A stretch of 64,000 nucleotides of DNA from Thermoplasmata archaeon (GCA_034667725.1 JAXDQS010000010.1:288001-352000); one strand, 5' to 3'; shown: positions 1 to 9,798, counted from the first letter of the stretch. The notes: a model not told the origin generated them from the letters alone. Program-made: numbers and translations.

Positions 1-1515
1 AAGTCGCGCGGCTTCAGCGACCAGGAGGCGTTCCGCCAGGCCGGCCGCCGCAGCGGGCTTGCCATGCTCATCGCCACCGCCACCACGGTCGCCGGCCTCG
101 TCGTGCTGGTGTTCAGCCCCAGCCTGCTGATTGCCGACCTGGGCCTCATCGCCACCGTGGCGCTCACCGTCCTCTACCTGCTGGCCATCACCTTCATCCC
201 GGCGGCCCTCACGCTCTTGGGCGGCTCGACCCGCATGGGCGCCAAGTTCACCCCAAGCCGCATCATGCCCGCGATCGCGCGCGGCGTGACCCGCGCCCGC
301 TGGCTCGTGGTCGTGCTCCTGTTGGCCGTGAGCGTCGTCGCCTACCCGCTGGCGGAGTCGGTCGGCAAGGAGGCGTTCGGCGACCCCGGCCGCAACTACC
401 TGCCCGACGACCCCATCCGGCGCGAGCACGAGGCCGGCCTCGCCGACTTCTACGGCTCCACCAGCTCCGACGAGAAGGCCAACATCCTCGCCTTCAGTGG
501 CCCCGGCATCCTGACGCCCGACGCCATCCGGTACTACCGCGCCATCGAGGCGAACCTCAAGAACGAGTCGCGGGTCATCGACGACACGCTGCGGACGGTG
601 CCGTTCTTCATCGAGACCTGGCTCACCGTCAAGGGCGGCGCGCCGGGGGCCGCGCAGAGCGTTGCGCTGTCGGAGATCCTCGGCATCCCGATCCCCATCC
701 CCGTGCCGCCGGCCGACGACCCGCGCCAGCAGCTCGACCCGTTCCCCGCCACCGAGCAGGCCATCCGCGCCGAGGTCAACGCCATGTTCGGCAGCCCGAT
801 GCGCGAGCTGTCGAGCATCATCCTCAACCATCCCGCCAACGACATGGCCGCCATGACCTTCAGCGTCAACGCCGGCACGTTCGAGCAGGCCGAGCAGGTG
901 TGGGGCCAGGTCTGGCACGCTGTTGCCGCCGCCAACGCCACCATGGGCGGCGCGCCCGCCGGCATCAAGGTCGCCTTCATCGGCAACACCGCCACCAACT
1001 ACCTGTTCATCGCCGAGGAGCTGCCGTGGCTCACCTACATGGCGCTCGTCAACAACGTGGTGCTGGCCGTCCTGGTGCTCGCGACTACCCGCAGCATCAA
1101 GATCACGCTCGTCATCGCCATCCTGTCGGTGCTCACGACGCTGTGGTGGCTGGCGATCCTGCCCAGCTTCGGCATCGGCATGGCCATCACGCTGACCCTG
1201 CCGTTCGCCTTCATCACCGCCATCGGCACCGACTACGGCGTTCACTTCATGTGGAACATCCGCCAGACCGGCGACGCCCGCGAGGTGTTCGAGTCCACCG
1301 GCAAGGCGGTCCTGTTCAGCGCGGTCACGACGACGGGCGCCTTCGTGTTCTTCATCGCCGTCCAGAACGTCGCCGTCGCCCGCACCATGCTTGCGACCAC
1401 CCTCGCGTTCGCCATCATCTTCCTCGTCACCGTCCTCGTGGTGCCGGTGTTCTTCCCCGTCGAGCGGAAGCGGCGACGGGCCCACCGGAATCCACCCCCA
1501 CCGATCCGTTCTTGA
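1..1515 (+). CDS. MMPL/RND-family membrane transporter (5' truncated by window edge)
   Basis: Frame open from base 1; many TM helices, a large extracytoplasmic loop, and the AIGTDYGVHF and STGKAVLFSAVTT motifs typical of MMPL/RND. Confidence 0.85.
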   Translation, partial: KSRGFSDQEAFRQAGRRSGLAMLIATATTVAGLVVLVFSPSLLIADLGLIATVALTVLYLLAITFIPAALTLLGGSTRMGAKFTPSRIMPAIARGVTRARWLVVVLLLAVSVVAYPLAESVGKEAFGDPGRNYLPDDPIRREHEAGLADFYGSTSSDEKANILAFSGPGILTPDAIRYYRAIEANLKNESRVIDDTLRTVPFFIETWLTVKGGAPGAAQSVALSEILGIPIPIPVPPADDPRQQLDPFPATEQAIRAEVNAMFGSPMRELSSIILNHPANDMAAMTFSVNAGTFEQAEQVWGQVWHAVAAANATMGGAPAGIKVAFIGNTATNYLFIAEELPWLTYMALVNNVVLAVLVLATTRSIKITLVIAILSVLTTLWWLAILPSFGIGMAITLTLPFAFITAIGTDYGVHFMWNIRQTGDAREVFESTGKAVLFSAVTTTGAFVFFIAVQNVAVARTMLATTLAFAIIFLVTVLVVPVFFPVERKRRRAHRNPPPPIRS

Positions 1516-1538
1516 CCACGCCTTCGGTCGCAGCGGCG

Positions 1539-1859
1539 ATGAGCGGGGCCGTCCACACCGTCACCGACGCCAACTTCCAGGAATTCACCACCCAGCCGGG
1601 GGTCGTCCTGATCGACTTCTGGGCGCCGTGGTGCGGCCCCTGCAAGCGCATCGGCCCCGTCATCGAGCAGCTCTCCACCGAGATGCCGGCCGTCAAGTTC
1701 GGCAAGCTCAACACCGACGAGAACCAGGTCACCGCCTCCCGCAACGGCGTCATGAGCATCCCCACCCTCATGGTCTACAAGAACGGCCAGAAGGTCGACC
1801 AGATCGTAGGCGCCGTACCCAAGGAGACCCTGGTGGCGTCGCTCAAGAAGCACGGCTGA
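1539..1859 (+). CDS. trxA: Thioredoxin
   Basis: DFWAPWCGPCK active site and SIPTL; ATG at 1539 within ORF 900..1859. Confidence 0.95.
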   Translation: MSGAVHTVTDANFQEFTTQPGVVLIDFWAPWCGPCKRIGPVIEQLSTEMPAVKFGKLNTDENQVTASRNGVMSIPTLMVYKNGQKVDQIVGAVPKETLVASLKKHG

Positions 1860-1904
1860 GAACCAGTCCGCGTCCGCTAAATCCTGGCGCCGGTTGCAAG
1901 CCCG

Positions 1905-2321
1905 TTGGCCCATCCGTACCTGAGCGCCGCCTGGGCCCGCCAAGCCATCGAGACCGTCCGCACCGACCCCGCGCTCCGCGAGGCGATCGCCGGCCACGAC
2001 GTGAGCGTCCTGGTCGAAGTGGACGACGCCCCGCCCGGCCGGATGCAGGCGCTCTACGCCAGCTTCGACGGCACCGGCGGCGCCGACCTGCGGGTCTCCG
2101 AGGACCGGGCCAGCATCGACCGCGTCGTCGAGAAGCCGACCCTCGTCATCACGGGCGCCTACGAGGTCTTCGTGGCGCTCCGGCAAGGCCAGGTGGACCC
2201 GAGGCGGGCCTTGGTGGCGGGGCAGCTCAAGCTGCACGGCGGCCGGCTGCGCGCGCTGGCACACATGCGGCCCCTGATGCAGCTCGTTGCGACGCTGCAC
2301 GCCATCCCGGCGACGACCTGA
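1905..2321 (+). CDS. SCP2 sterol/lipid-binding domain protein
   Basis: YLSAAW N-terminus; G-x-x-D-P...G-x-L-K-L-x-G C-terminal pattern of SCP2. Confidence 0.7.
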   Translation: MAHPYLSAAWARQAIETVRTDPALREAIAGHDVSVLVEVDDAPPGRMQALYASFDGTGGADLRVSEDRASIDRVVEKPTLVITGAYEVFVALRQGQVDPRRALVAGQLKLHGGRLRALAHMRPLMQLVATLHAIPATT

Positions 2322-2446
2322 AGCCGCTCGCAGGATTTGGGCAGGACATTCCGGAGCACGAGGGGCGACCGGAATCAAGGAGGCCGACGCCGAGTCCGGT
2401 CGGCCCGCGCCGGTCCGGAATCCTGACCAAATTCGGAGAGCGGCTT
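2321..2446. repeat. Long imperfect inverted repeat between convergent genes
   Basis: AAGCCGCTC (2321-2329) pairs with GAGCGGCTT (2438-2446); inner GATTTGG/CCAAATT and ATTCCGGA/TCCGGAAT stems. Confidence 0.6.
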
Positions 2447-2453
2447 TCGCGAA

Positions 2454-2897
2454 TCAGCCTATCATGGGCGCCGCGGCCTGGCGGTGGGCGAAGCGCGCGT
2501 ACCGCTTGTCGAGGGTGTGGATGACGCGGCGGGGGTGGTGGCCGCGCGGCAGCCGCACCGGCACGCACTCCTGCTTGGCCTTCCAGCGCAGCGCGTTGGC
2601 CATGTGCAGGGCGGCCTTCTCGATGCCGGACACCGCCCGGGCGTCGCCGGAGGCGGCCGCGGCGGCGAAGCGGCGAATCTCGGCGCGCGCCGACTCGAAC
2701 TCCTGGTCGTAGGAGTCCTTGGGGACGCCGCGCACCGGCCAGGCGTCATGCGCCACTTGGGCGATGACCTCCATGTCCTCCTGGGCCACGGGGCGGCAAT
2801 CGTGGAGGGCGCCGGCCATCCCTTCGAGGGCCTTGGCGAGGTTGACCAGGTCATCAGGCGGCAACGCGGGGCTGGAGCCGGGCATCTTTTGCATCAC
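2454..2897 (-). CDS. Hypothetical protein
   Basis: 147-aa ORF with normal composition; TATA-like sequence near 2947-2952 upstream. Confidence 0.55.
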   Translation of the reverse strand: MMQKMPGSSPALPPDDLVNLAKALEGMAGALHDCRPVAQEDMEVIAQVAHDAWPVRGVPKDSYDQEFESARAEIRRFAAAAASGDARAVSGIEKAALHMANALRWKAKQECVPVRLPRGHHPRRVIHTLDKRYARFAHRQAAAPMIG

Positions 2898-2954
2898 CGG
2901 CCCCCGTTTGCCCCCCTGGGACTAGATAGCCGGGCGGGCCAAACCATATATCCT

Positions 2955-3863
2955 TCATCCGGCGGGCTCGGCGGCCGGCACGCGGGTGCGGGGGATGGTG
3001 AGCAAGGCGCCGGCCAGCACCAGCACGCCTCCCAGGACGACGCCGGCGGCAGGCAGTTCGCCCAAGAGCGGCCACGCCAGCAGCGCCGCCCCCACCGGCT
3101 CGAGCAGGATCCAGGTGGCCACCGTGTGGGCCGGCAGGTAGCGCAGCACCCAGTTCGACACCGTGTGGCCGCCGAGCATCGGCACCGCGGCCAGCAGCAC
3201 GAAGACCAGGAATGTCTGCGAGCCCACGCCCGCAAGCAGCGGCTGGTGGGCCAGCGGCGCCGCGGCCGCGAGCGCCACCGCCGCGAACCCGTACACCGGC
3301 AGCACGTACTCCACCAGGCCCTGGGTGGCGCGGACGCGGCGGCCCACCAGCATGTAGCTCGCCGACCCGAGGCCGGCGACCACGGCGAGGGCGTCGCCCG
3401 CGAGGGCGCGCGCCGAGTCGGGCGCGAGCGCGCCGTCGGTCGCCGCGATGGCGATGCCGCCCAGGACCGCGACGGCGACCCCGGTCCAGCCGGCGGCGCG
3501 CAGCCGGTCGCCCAAGAGGAAGTGGCCGCCGAGCGCCACGAAGACGGCCTGCAGCGTGACGAGGGCGGTGGCGGCGGCGACGGTGGTGTACTGGAGGCTC
3601 GTCACCCAGACGGCGAAGTGGAACGCGAGCGCGAGGCCGGCGCCCGCCGAGACCGCCCAGTCGCGGGCGGGCCGGGCCTTCCAGGCGGCGACGGCGCGGC
3701 CGGCGAACGGGGCCAAGAGGAGGCAGGCGAACGCCAGCCGCCAGAAGGAGGCGGTGATGGCGGGGGCCTCGGCGAGGCGGAACAGGGGTGCGGCGAACGA
3801 GACGCTGGCGACCGCGACGGCAACACCCAGCCACGGCGGGAAGGCGGGGCGCTCGGAGGCCAC
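2955..3863 (-). CDS. EamA/DMT family transporter
   Basis: About 10 TM helices with duplicated EamA halves (LLEPVGA motif); GTG start inferred at 3863. Confidence 0.9.
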   Translation of the reverse strand: MASERPAFPPWLGVAVAVASVSFAAPLFRLAEAPAITASFWRLAFACLLLAPFAGRAVAAWKARPARDWAVSAGAGLALAFHFAVWVTSLQYTTVAAATALVTLQAVFVALGGHFLLGDRLRAAGWTGVAVAVLGGIAIAATDGALAPDSARALAGDALAVVAGLGSASYMLVGRRVRATQGLVEYVLPVYGFAAVALAAAAPLAHQPLLAGVGSQTFLVFVLLAAVPMLGGHTVSNWVLRYLPAHTVATWILLEPVGAALLAWPLLGELPAAGVVLGGVLVLAGALLTIPRTRVPAAEPAG

Positions 3864-4010
3864 GCGGGTCGCGAGGGCCTGGGGACCAAAAACAGAGTGC
3901 AAGCCCCGCCCCGCCGTGGGAGGAGCACACCGGTGTGGGAGGACACCGTTGGGCATCGGCGGGGCGGGTTGCGGGAGGAAGGGGAGGAGGGAGGCTGCAC
4001 CGGGGTGCGG

Positions 4011-5219
4011 TTATTCGACGAAGTCGATGCCGCCGGCGCTGAAGCCGCCGCGGTTGCCGCCGATGGACTGGGGGCGGCTGAACTGGTAGCCCTTCTGCTG
4101 GGGCTGCGCGGGGGCCTTGGCCGACGGGGCCGGGGCGCTGTTGGCGTGGCCGTTGGACTTGCCGGCCGGGACCTGGGCCATCTGGACCAGGGGGTTCGAC
4201 TGGCTTCGCTGCTGCGGCGCCGGGGCCTCGGTGGTGCTGATGCCGGTCATGATGGCCATGACGCGGCAGCGGCCCTCGAACTGGGGCAGCACGCGGGCGC
4301 CCCAGATGACGTTGGCCTGCGAGTCGAGCTCGTAGGTCAGGCCCTCGGCCACTTCTTCAGCGTGCTTGAGGGTGAGGTCCGGGCCGCCGGTGATGTGCAC
4401 CAGGGCGCCGGTGGCGCCGCGGTAGTCGACGTCCAAGAGCGGGTGGTTGATGGCCTCGCTCACGACGCTGGAGGCGCCGTCGGAGGTCTTCGCCTCGCCC
4501 CAGAGCATGACGGCCATGCCGCCCTCGCCCATGATGGCCTTGACGTCGGCGTAGTCCAGGTTGATCAGGGACGGCTGGGTGATGGTCTCGCTGATGCCCT
4601 TGACGGTCTCGGCGATGAGCTGGTCCATGACCGAGAACGCCTGGTCGATGGGCAGGTTCGGGACGTACTTCAGCAGCCGGTTGTTGTCGAGGACGATGAC
4701 CGAGTCGGCGCGGCTGCGGAGCTTGTTGAGGCCCTCGTCGCCGCGGATGATGCGGGCGCGCTCGACGTTGAACGGCGTCGAGACCATGCCGACGACGATG
4801 GCGCCCATCTTCTTGGCGACGTCCGCCACGACGGGGGCGGTGCCGGTGCCGGTGCCGCCGCCCATGCCGGCCGTGATGAACACGAGGTCGGCGCCCTTGA
4901 GCATCTCCTCGAGCTTGCCGCGGGCCTGCTCGGCGCAGCGTTCCGCGACCTCAGGGTAGCCGCCGGCGCCCAGGCCGCGGGTGATGGTCTTGCCGACCAG
5001 GAGCTTCTTGTCGGCCTCGACGAGGTCGAGCGCCTGCTTGTCGGTGTTGATGGCGATGGTCTCGGCGCCGCGGACGCCGACCTTGTGGAGGCGGTTGACG
5101 GTGTTGCCGCCGGCGCCGCCGCAGCCAACGATGACGATCTTGGGCTCGCCAAAGTTCTCGTATTCCTTGATCTCGACGTCTTGGGCGTACCCAACCGCCG
5201 CTCCAATCAGGCTCTGCAT
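4011..5219 (-). CDS. ftsZ: Cell division protein FtsZ (FtsZ2-like by context)
   Basis: [17 protein letters not shown] tubulin signature, INLDYAD. Confidence 0.97.
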   Translation of the reverse strand: MQSLIGAAVGYAQDVEIKEYENFGEPKIVIVGCGGAGGNTVNRLHKVGVRGAETIAINTDKQALDLVEADKKLLVGKTITRGLGAGGYPEVAERCAEQARGKLEEMLKGADLVFITAGMGGGTGTGTAPVVADVAKKMGAIVVGMVSTPFNVERARIIRGDEGLNKLRSRADSVIVLDNNRLLKYVPNLPIDQAFSVMDQLIAETVKGISETITQPSLINLDYADVKAIMGEGGMAVMLWGEAKTSDGASSVVSEAINHPLLDVDYRGATGALVHITGGPDLTLKHAEEVAEGLTYELDSQANVIWGARVLPQFEGRCRVMAIMTGISTTEAPAPQQRSQSNPLVQMAQVPAGKSNGHANSAPAPSAKAPAQPQQKGYQFSRPQSIGGNRGGFSAGGIDFVE

Positions 5220-5351
5220 GGTGTGTGTGCTCCTCCTTGTGGTTGGCGACGCTTCCCCCGAGGGGGACGGGGACCGTCGCCGGTGTCCCCGCCCGCCCTT
5301 TGTCTCCTAGTGCATCCCATCCCCGCCCTGGTGAGGCAAGGAACCTGAGTG

Positions 5352-5612
5352 TCAGCCGAGGCCCAGCTTGCGCTTGGCCGCCTCGATCTGGGCCAAGGCC
5401 TGCTGGATCTCCAGCAGCCCCTTCTCGGCCTCGATCGTCTTCTTCGCCTCGCCGCCCTTCTGGAGCAGGAGCTCCTTCACGGCGTTGTAGACCACATCGG
5501 TGGTGTTGCGGTAGACGCCGGCGGACACAAGGGCCTCGATCTGTTGGATCTGGGCCTTGGGCAGGCGCACCGTGATGCGGTCGGTCGGTTGCTTGGCGAT
5601 TTTGGCGGCCAT
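5352..5612 (-). CDS. cdrS: Ribbon-helix-helix regulator, CdrS-like
   Basis: DRITVRLPKAQIQQIEALVSAGVYRNTTDVVYNAVKELL resembles CdrS/CopG; lies directly upstream of ftsZ as in the haloarchaeal cdrS-ftsZ2 operon. Confidence 0.75.
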   Translation of the reverse strand: MAAKIAKQPTDRITVRLPKAQIQQIEALVSAGVYRNTTDVVYNAVKELLLQKGGEAKKTIEAEKGLLEIQQALAQIEAAKRKLGLG

Positions 5613-5988
5613 TTTTGGGACCTCCACTGGGCGCCAGGTGTCTGACGCCTGGTGCCAACAAACGACCACAATGGACCCCATAAGGGACCAAATGTTGCCA
5701 TTTGTCTGACAGTGCCATTCCGCGGGCCGCATATAAGCCGTTCGGGTCGAAGCGCTCAAACCGGGGCGCCCCCTCCTGTTGGATGCGCGGACAGGAGGGC
5801 ACCGGACCCCTGTTTCGCATGGAACTCCATCGGAAACGGGGGTCAGACGAGGCAAAAAGGAAGGGGACTGCCGAAGGGGGATGCAGGTCTCCGGCAGGGT
5901 CCAGCGCGGGGGAGGAGCATCCCACGGCCGAGGCCATTCTCCCGGAGCCCCGCAACCTACCTCAAGCTGCGGGGGAGGCGGGTGAAAC

Positions 5989-6597
5989 CTAGGCCCGGAG
6001 CCAGGCGCCGAACTCGCGCCAGTGCCGCAGGTAGTCCGGCTTCCACTTCTGGCGGTAGATGATCGCCGCCGGATGCCAGCTCACCCACAGCGGAAGCCCC
6101 GCCGGCGTCTGCAGGAACGTGCCCGCCAGCTTGGCGAAGTCCGCCGCCGGGTCGCCTCCCAGGATCCCATGGAGCCCGTGCCGGCCGAGCGCCACCACCA
6201 CCCGCGGCTGGATGGCCTCCAGCTGCGCCAAGAGATGCTGCCGGCACAGCTCCTTCTCCTCGGTCGTCGGGTCGCGGTTGCCCGGCGGCCGGCACTTGAC
6301 GACACTCGTGACGAACACATCGGCGCGCGTCAGGCCCGCCTCGGCCAGCCCGAGGTCGAGGTTGCGGCCCGCGGCCCCGCAGAACGGCCGGCCGGTCTCG
6401 TCCTCGTTCCGGCCCGGCGCCTCGCCCACCAGCACGACGCCGAGCCGCGCGTCGCCCTCGCCCGGCACCGCCTGGATGCGGCCGGCGGCCAGCGGGCACG
6501 CCAGGCAGACGCGCACGCGCCCCGCGATGCGCTCAAGGCGCTCCAGGTCGGGAGCATGGGCGGGCGCAGGCATCGGCGCGCAAGCGCCAGCGTCCAA
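5989..6597 (-). CDS. udg: Uracil-DNA glycosylase, family 4 ([4Fe-4S])
   Basis: CxxCxL, VGEAPG, GRPFCG, KCRPPGNRDP, HPAA motifs. Confidence 0.93.
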   Translation of the reverse strand: MDAGACAPMPAPAHAPDLERLERIAGRVRVCLACPLAAGRIQAVPGEGDARLGVVLVGEAPGRNEDETGRPFCGAAGRNLDLGLAEAGLTRADVFVTSVVKCRPPGNRDPTTEEKELCRQHLLAQLEAIQPRVVVALGRHGLHGILGGDPAADFAKLAGTFLQTPAGLPLWVSWHPAAIIYRQKWKPDYLRHWREFGAWLRA

Positions 6598-6632
6598 GAT
6601 GGCCTTTTCTGCCGCGGCGTCTCCGACGGGCC

Positions 6633-7622
6633 GTGCGCGTCCTTCCGCCCCTGCCGCTCCTGCTCGTGCTGCTGGCCGCGGGCTGCGCCGGCCCGACGCC
6701 GGACGGACAGTTCGAGGACCTGGTGGAGCCGCCGGCGCCGCTGCGCCTGCTCGCGATCGGCGACGCCGGCACCGGCGAGGCCGGCCAGTTCCAGGTGGCG
6801 CGCGCGATGGAGGCGGTGTGCGCGGCGCGCGGCTGCGACGCGGTGCTGGACCTTGGCGACCTGCTGTACCCGAGCGGCGCCAGCAGCCCGGACGACCCGC
6901 AGTTCGACGCCAAGTTCGAGCGGCCCTACGCCAACCTCACCGTGCCGTTCTGGATGGTGCTCGGGAACCACGACAACTCCGCCGAGCCGGGCGGCACCGG
7001 GACCTGGGACGCGCAGGGCGACAACGAGGTGGCATACGGCGCGCGCACCGACCGCGCCAGCGCCAAGTGGACCATGCCGGGCCGGTTCTACCACGCGACC
7101 CTGCACGCGCCCGCCGTCGACGCCGACCTGTTCGCGCTCGACACCAACACCCTGCTTGCGGCGGACCTGAAGGAGCAAGGCCCCTGGCTCGACGGCGCCC
7201 TCGCCGGCTCGCGCGCGCTGTGGCGCCTTGCCATCGGCCACCACCCGTACGTCTCCAACGGCCCGCACGGCGACGCCGGCGCCTACGACGGCCGCCCCGT
7301 CCCCGGCCTCTCCGGCGAGCACTTCCGCCAGTTCTTCGAGGCCCGGCTGTGCGGCAAGGTGGACCTCTACCTCGCGGGCCACGACCACACCTTGCAGTGG
7401 CTCCCTGCCCAGCCCGGCTGCGGCGCCACCGAGTTCGTCGTGAGCGGCGCCGGCGGGGCCGCCACCTACGACCTGGTCGGCGACCACGCGGCCCGCTTCC
7501 AGTCCTCCAGCCTCGGCTTCTGGTGGCTCGAACTGGACGCCGCCGCGCTGCGCGCCGTCGCCTTCGACGCCGACGGCAAGGCGCTGCACGAGCTGTCGCT
7601 GTCCCGCACCCGTTCCGCTTAA
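6633..7622 (+). CDS. Metallophosphoesterase (purple acid phosphatase-like) lipoprotein
   Basis: Lipobox AAGC; GDAG, GDLLY, GNHD, HHP, AGHDH motifs. Confidence 0.88.
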   Translation: MRVLPPLPLLLVLLAAGCAGPTPDGQFEDLVEPPAPLRLLAIGDAGTGEAGQFQVARAMEAVCAARGCDAVLDLGDLLYPSGASSPDDPQFDAKFERPYANLTVPFWMVLGNHDNSAEPGGTGTWDAQGDNEVAYGARTDRASAKWTMPGRFYHATLHAPAVDADLFALDTNTLLAADLKEQGPWLDGALAGSRALWRLAIGHHPYVSNGPHGDAGAYDGRPVPGLSGEHFRQFFEARLCGKVDLYLAGHDHTLQWLPAQPGCGATEFVVSGAGGAATYDLVGDHAARFQSSSLGFWWLELDAAALRAVAFDADGKALHELSLSRTRSA

Positions 7623-7683
7623 GAGCGACCCTCCCGTCGCCGCAATCCCGCCACCGCGCAGCGATGGCGGCCCGGCGCAAGGC

Positions 7684-7989
7684 GGGGACTAGGCGGGGAG
7701 ATTGGGCACCCCTTACGCGCAAGTCCACAATGGCGCGGCCGAACCCCTGCCGTGGCGTCCGGGGTCCGCGACAAGCCTCCGTAATTACAGTGAAGCCTCG
7801 TCCCCCGAGGTCGGCGGTGGGGGGAATCCTGCCGGAGGGCAGGCCGAACCCCTTCGATGCGGGGACCGGGTCAGGCCCGGAAGGGAGCAGCCTTACCGCA
7901 AACGACCGACGTTTGGGGGAGTGCGGGGTGGAGGACCACGGAGGGTCAAGCTTGCGCGGGTCCCGGGCGAACGCGGCAGGAGCGTCCCC
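7684..7989 (+). ncRNA. ffs: Archaeal signal recognition particle (7S) RNA
   Basis: Helix-8 motif GGGTCAGGCCCGGAAGGGAGCAGCC at about 7868-7892; GGGGAC 5' end pairs with GTCCCC 3' end; about 306 nt. Confidence 0.92.
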
Positions 7990-8275
7990 GCCCGCCAAAG
8001 GGCCGGCCCGCTGCAAGCATCTTCCGCGGATTTCGCCGGCGGTTGTGCTGCGGGGGGATGGAAATCAAGCCATCGGTGCGGATTCCGCATCGCTGCCGCG
8101 AGTTTTGCGGCTGGCGACCATCCTTTGCCGAGATAATTCGAGGACTTTAAGAAGCCCACCGGGTCAGAAAACGTGAACATGTTCGAGTTCCACGGCCATG
8201 CCCAGGAGGGAATGGCGGAATCCGCAATGCTTTAGGCATCATCGTTCCTAGTCTCTATTCGTTCTGGTGTCTCCC

Positions 8276-8509
8276 ATGGTGTTCCTCCGCTGCTCCAAGT
8301 GTGGCTCCGATTCCGGCTTCCTCGTGGAGACGCAGGACCGCAAGACGCTCGAGGTCAAGGGCAAGCTCCCGATGGAGCGCATCCTGAAGTCGGTCCTGGT
8401 CACCTGCACCTACTGCAACAACCGCTGGGACCACGTCCCCGTGGCACTCCGAGACTCCTCCGTCGAGGCCCGCATCCAGGCCCGCAAGGAACGCGAGCTC
8501 CAGCAGTAG
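8276..8509 (+). CDS. Small zinc-ribbon protein
   Basis: CSKCG ... CTYCN; host-like codon usage. Confidence 0.75.
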   Translation: MVFLRCSKCGSDSGFLVETQDRKTLEVKGKLPMERILKSVLVTCTYCNNRWDHVPVALRDSSVEARIQARKERELQQ

Positions 8510-8512
8510 CCC

Positions 8513-8710
8513 GGACAGGCTGCGCCTGTCCGCCCGGGGCGCTGCGCGCCCCGGACCCCCAGCCGACTAGGGGGCCGCTCCTCGCGCCGACGCGCCGCTT
8601 CGCTCGCGGGCCGGCCCGCTCGTCCTGCGCGCTGAAGGTTGCTCGCTTCGCATCGCAACCCGTTCGCGAAAGCCCTCTCGGGCTTTCGCTTCGCGTGCGC
8701 GGCGGCCCCC
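8513..8710. repeat. REP-like cluster of GC-rich hairpins
   Basis: GGACAGGC-TGC-GCCTGTCC, CCGGGGCGC-TGC-GCGCCCCGG, GGTTGC...GCAACC, GCGAAAGCCC-TCTC-GGGCTTTCGC; recurring CTTCGC. Confidence 0.6.
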
Positions 8711-8718
8711 GGTTCGGT

Positions 8719-9798
8719 TCACTCGGCAAACAAGTCGGCGCCAAAAGCCCGCAACCGCTTGAGGCCGTGCACGTCCTCGCGGTGCAACGGCAGCAGCACC
8801 CGCGGCACCTCCGGCAGCCGGCGCGCCAGCTCCTCGATGTGCTCCAGGTTCATGGCGCGGCGGATGCGGCTGAACTCGGTGGCGTCCACCAGGCCGGCCA
8901 CGAACGCCGGGTCGTCGCCGGTGGCCGCCGCGGCGGCCCGCGCGAACGCCAGCCGCGCCTCCGGCTTGGCCAGCTGCTGCAGCCGCGCGTCGTGGCCCGC
9001 CACCGGATCCGGCTGCACCTTGTTGACGACGATGCCGCGCACCAGCATCCCCAGGTCGCCCGTCACGGCGTCGTGCAGGTCGCAGGTCTCCTCGACCGGC
9101 AGCTTCTCGGGGATCGTCACCAGCACGAGCGCGGAGTGGTCCGGGTCGGTGAGGAACGCGCGGATGCGCTTGGCCTCCTGCTCGATGTCGCCGAACACCT
9201 TCTCGAAGTCGATGTCCGGCGGCGCGGCGGCGCGGTCGTCCTTCTTGCGCAACAGGTTCTGCACGTTGCGCGCCGCCCCCGACACCTTCTGCCACACCGT
9301 GTAGCCCTTCACCGCCCACTTCAAGAGCGACTTGTCGCCCATCAACTCCTCGATGGCCTTGGGCGCCGACAGGAACGACAGCGCATGGCCCGTCGGCGCC
9401 GTGTCCAGCACCACGACGTCGTACGCGTCCGCCTTGCGGATGTCGTTGAGCTTGCCGATCGCCATCAATTCGTTGAGGCCCGGCATCGCCTTCGTGCCCT
9501 GCCGGAACAACGGATGCTCCGTGATGCGCGCCTCCGGCACCTCGCGCTCCAGGTGCTCCTTGATGACCGCCTCCGGGTCGAGCATCATCGCCCACAGGTT
9601 CGGCTGCACCGGGGTCGCGTCCGCGCCCACCGGGACGCCAAGCGAGTCCTCCAAGCGCTTGGCCGGATCCACCGTCACCAGCAGCACCTTCCGCCCCCGC
9701 TTGGCGAACCACAACGCCGCCGCGGCCGAGCAGGTCGTCTTGCCGACCCCGCCCTTGCCCGCGAAGATCACGAGGCGCTTGGCCTCCAGGTCCCGCAT
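8719..9798 (-). CDS. ArsA/GET3-family ATPase (single domain)
   Basis: GKGGVGKTT, DPA and DTAPTGH motifs; ATG at 9798. Confidence 0.9.
   Translation of the reverse strand: MRDLEAKRLVIFAGKGGVGKTTCSAAAALWFAKRGRKVLLVTVDPAKRLEDSLGVPVGADATPVQPNLWAMMLDPEAVIKEHLEREVPEARITEHPLFRQGTKAMPGLNELMAIGKLNDIRKADAYDVVVLDTAPTGHALSFLSAPKAIEELMGDKSLLKWAVKGYTVWQKVSGAARNVQNLLRKKDDRAAAPPDIDFEKVFGDIEQEAKRIRAFLTDPDHSALVLVTIPEKLPVEETCDLHDAVTGDLGMLVRGIVVNKVQPDPVAGHDARLQQLAKPEARLAFARAAAAATGDDPAFVAGLVDATEFSRIRRAMNLEHIEELARRLPEVPRVLLPLHREDVHGLKRLRAFGADLFAE

Noticed and set aside
5761-5975. RNase P RNA
   Set aside because: The universal GAGGAAAGUCC and 3' P4 motifs were not found on either strand
8719-9798. Arsenic-resistance ArsA
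   Set aside because: Single domain, no ars operon neighbours and no evident metalloid-binding Cys set; more likely a GET3-like or other paralog
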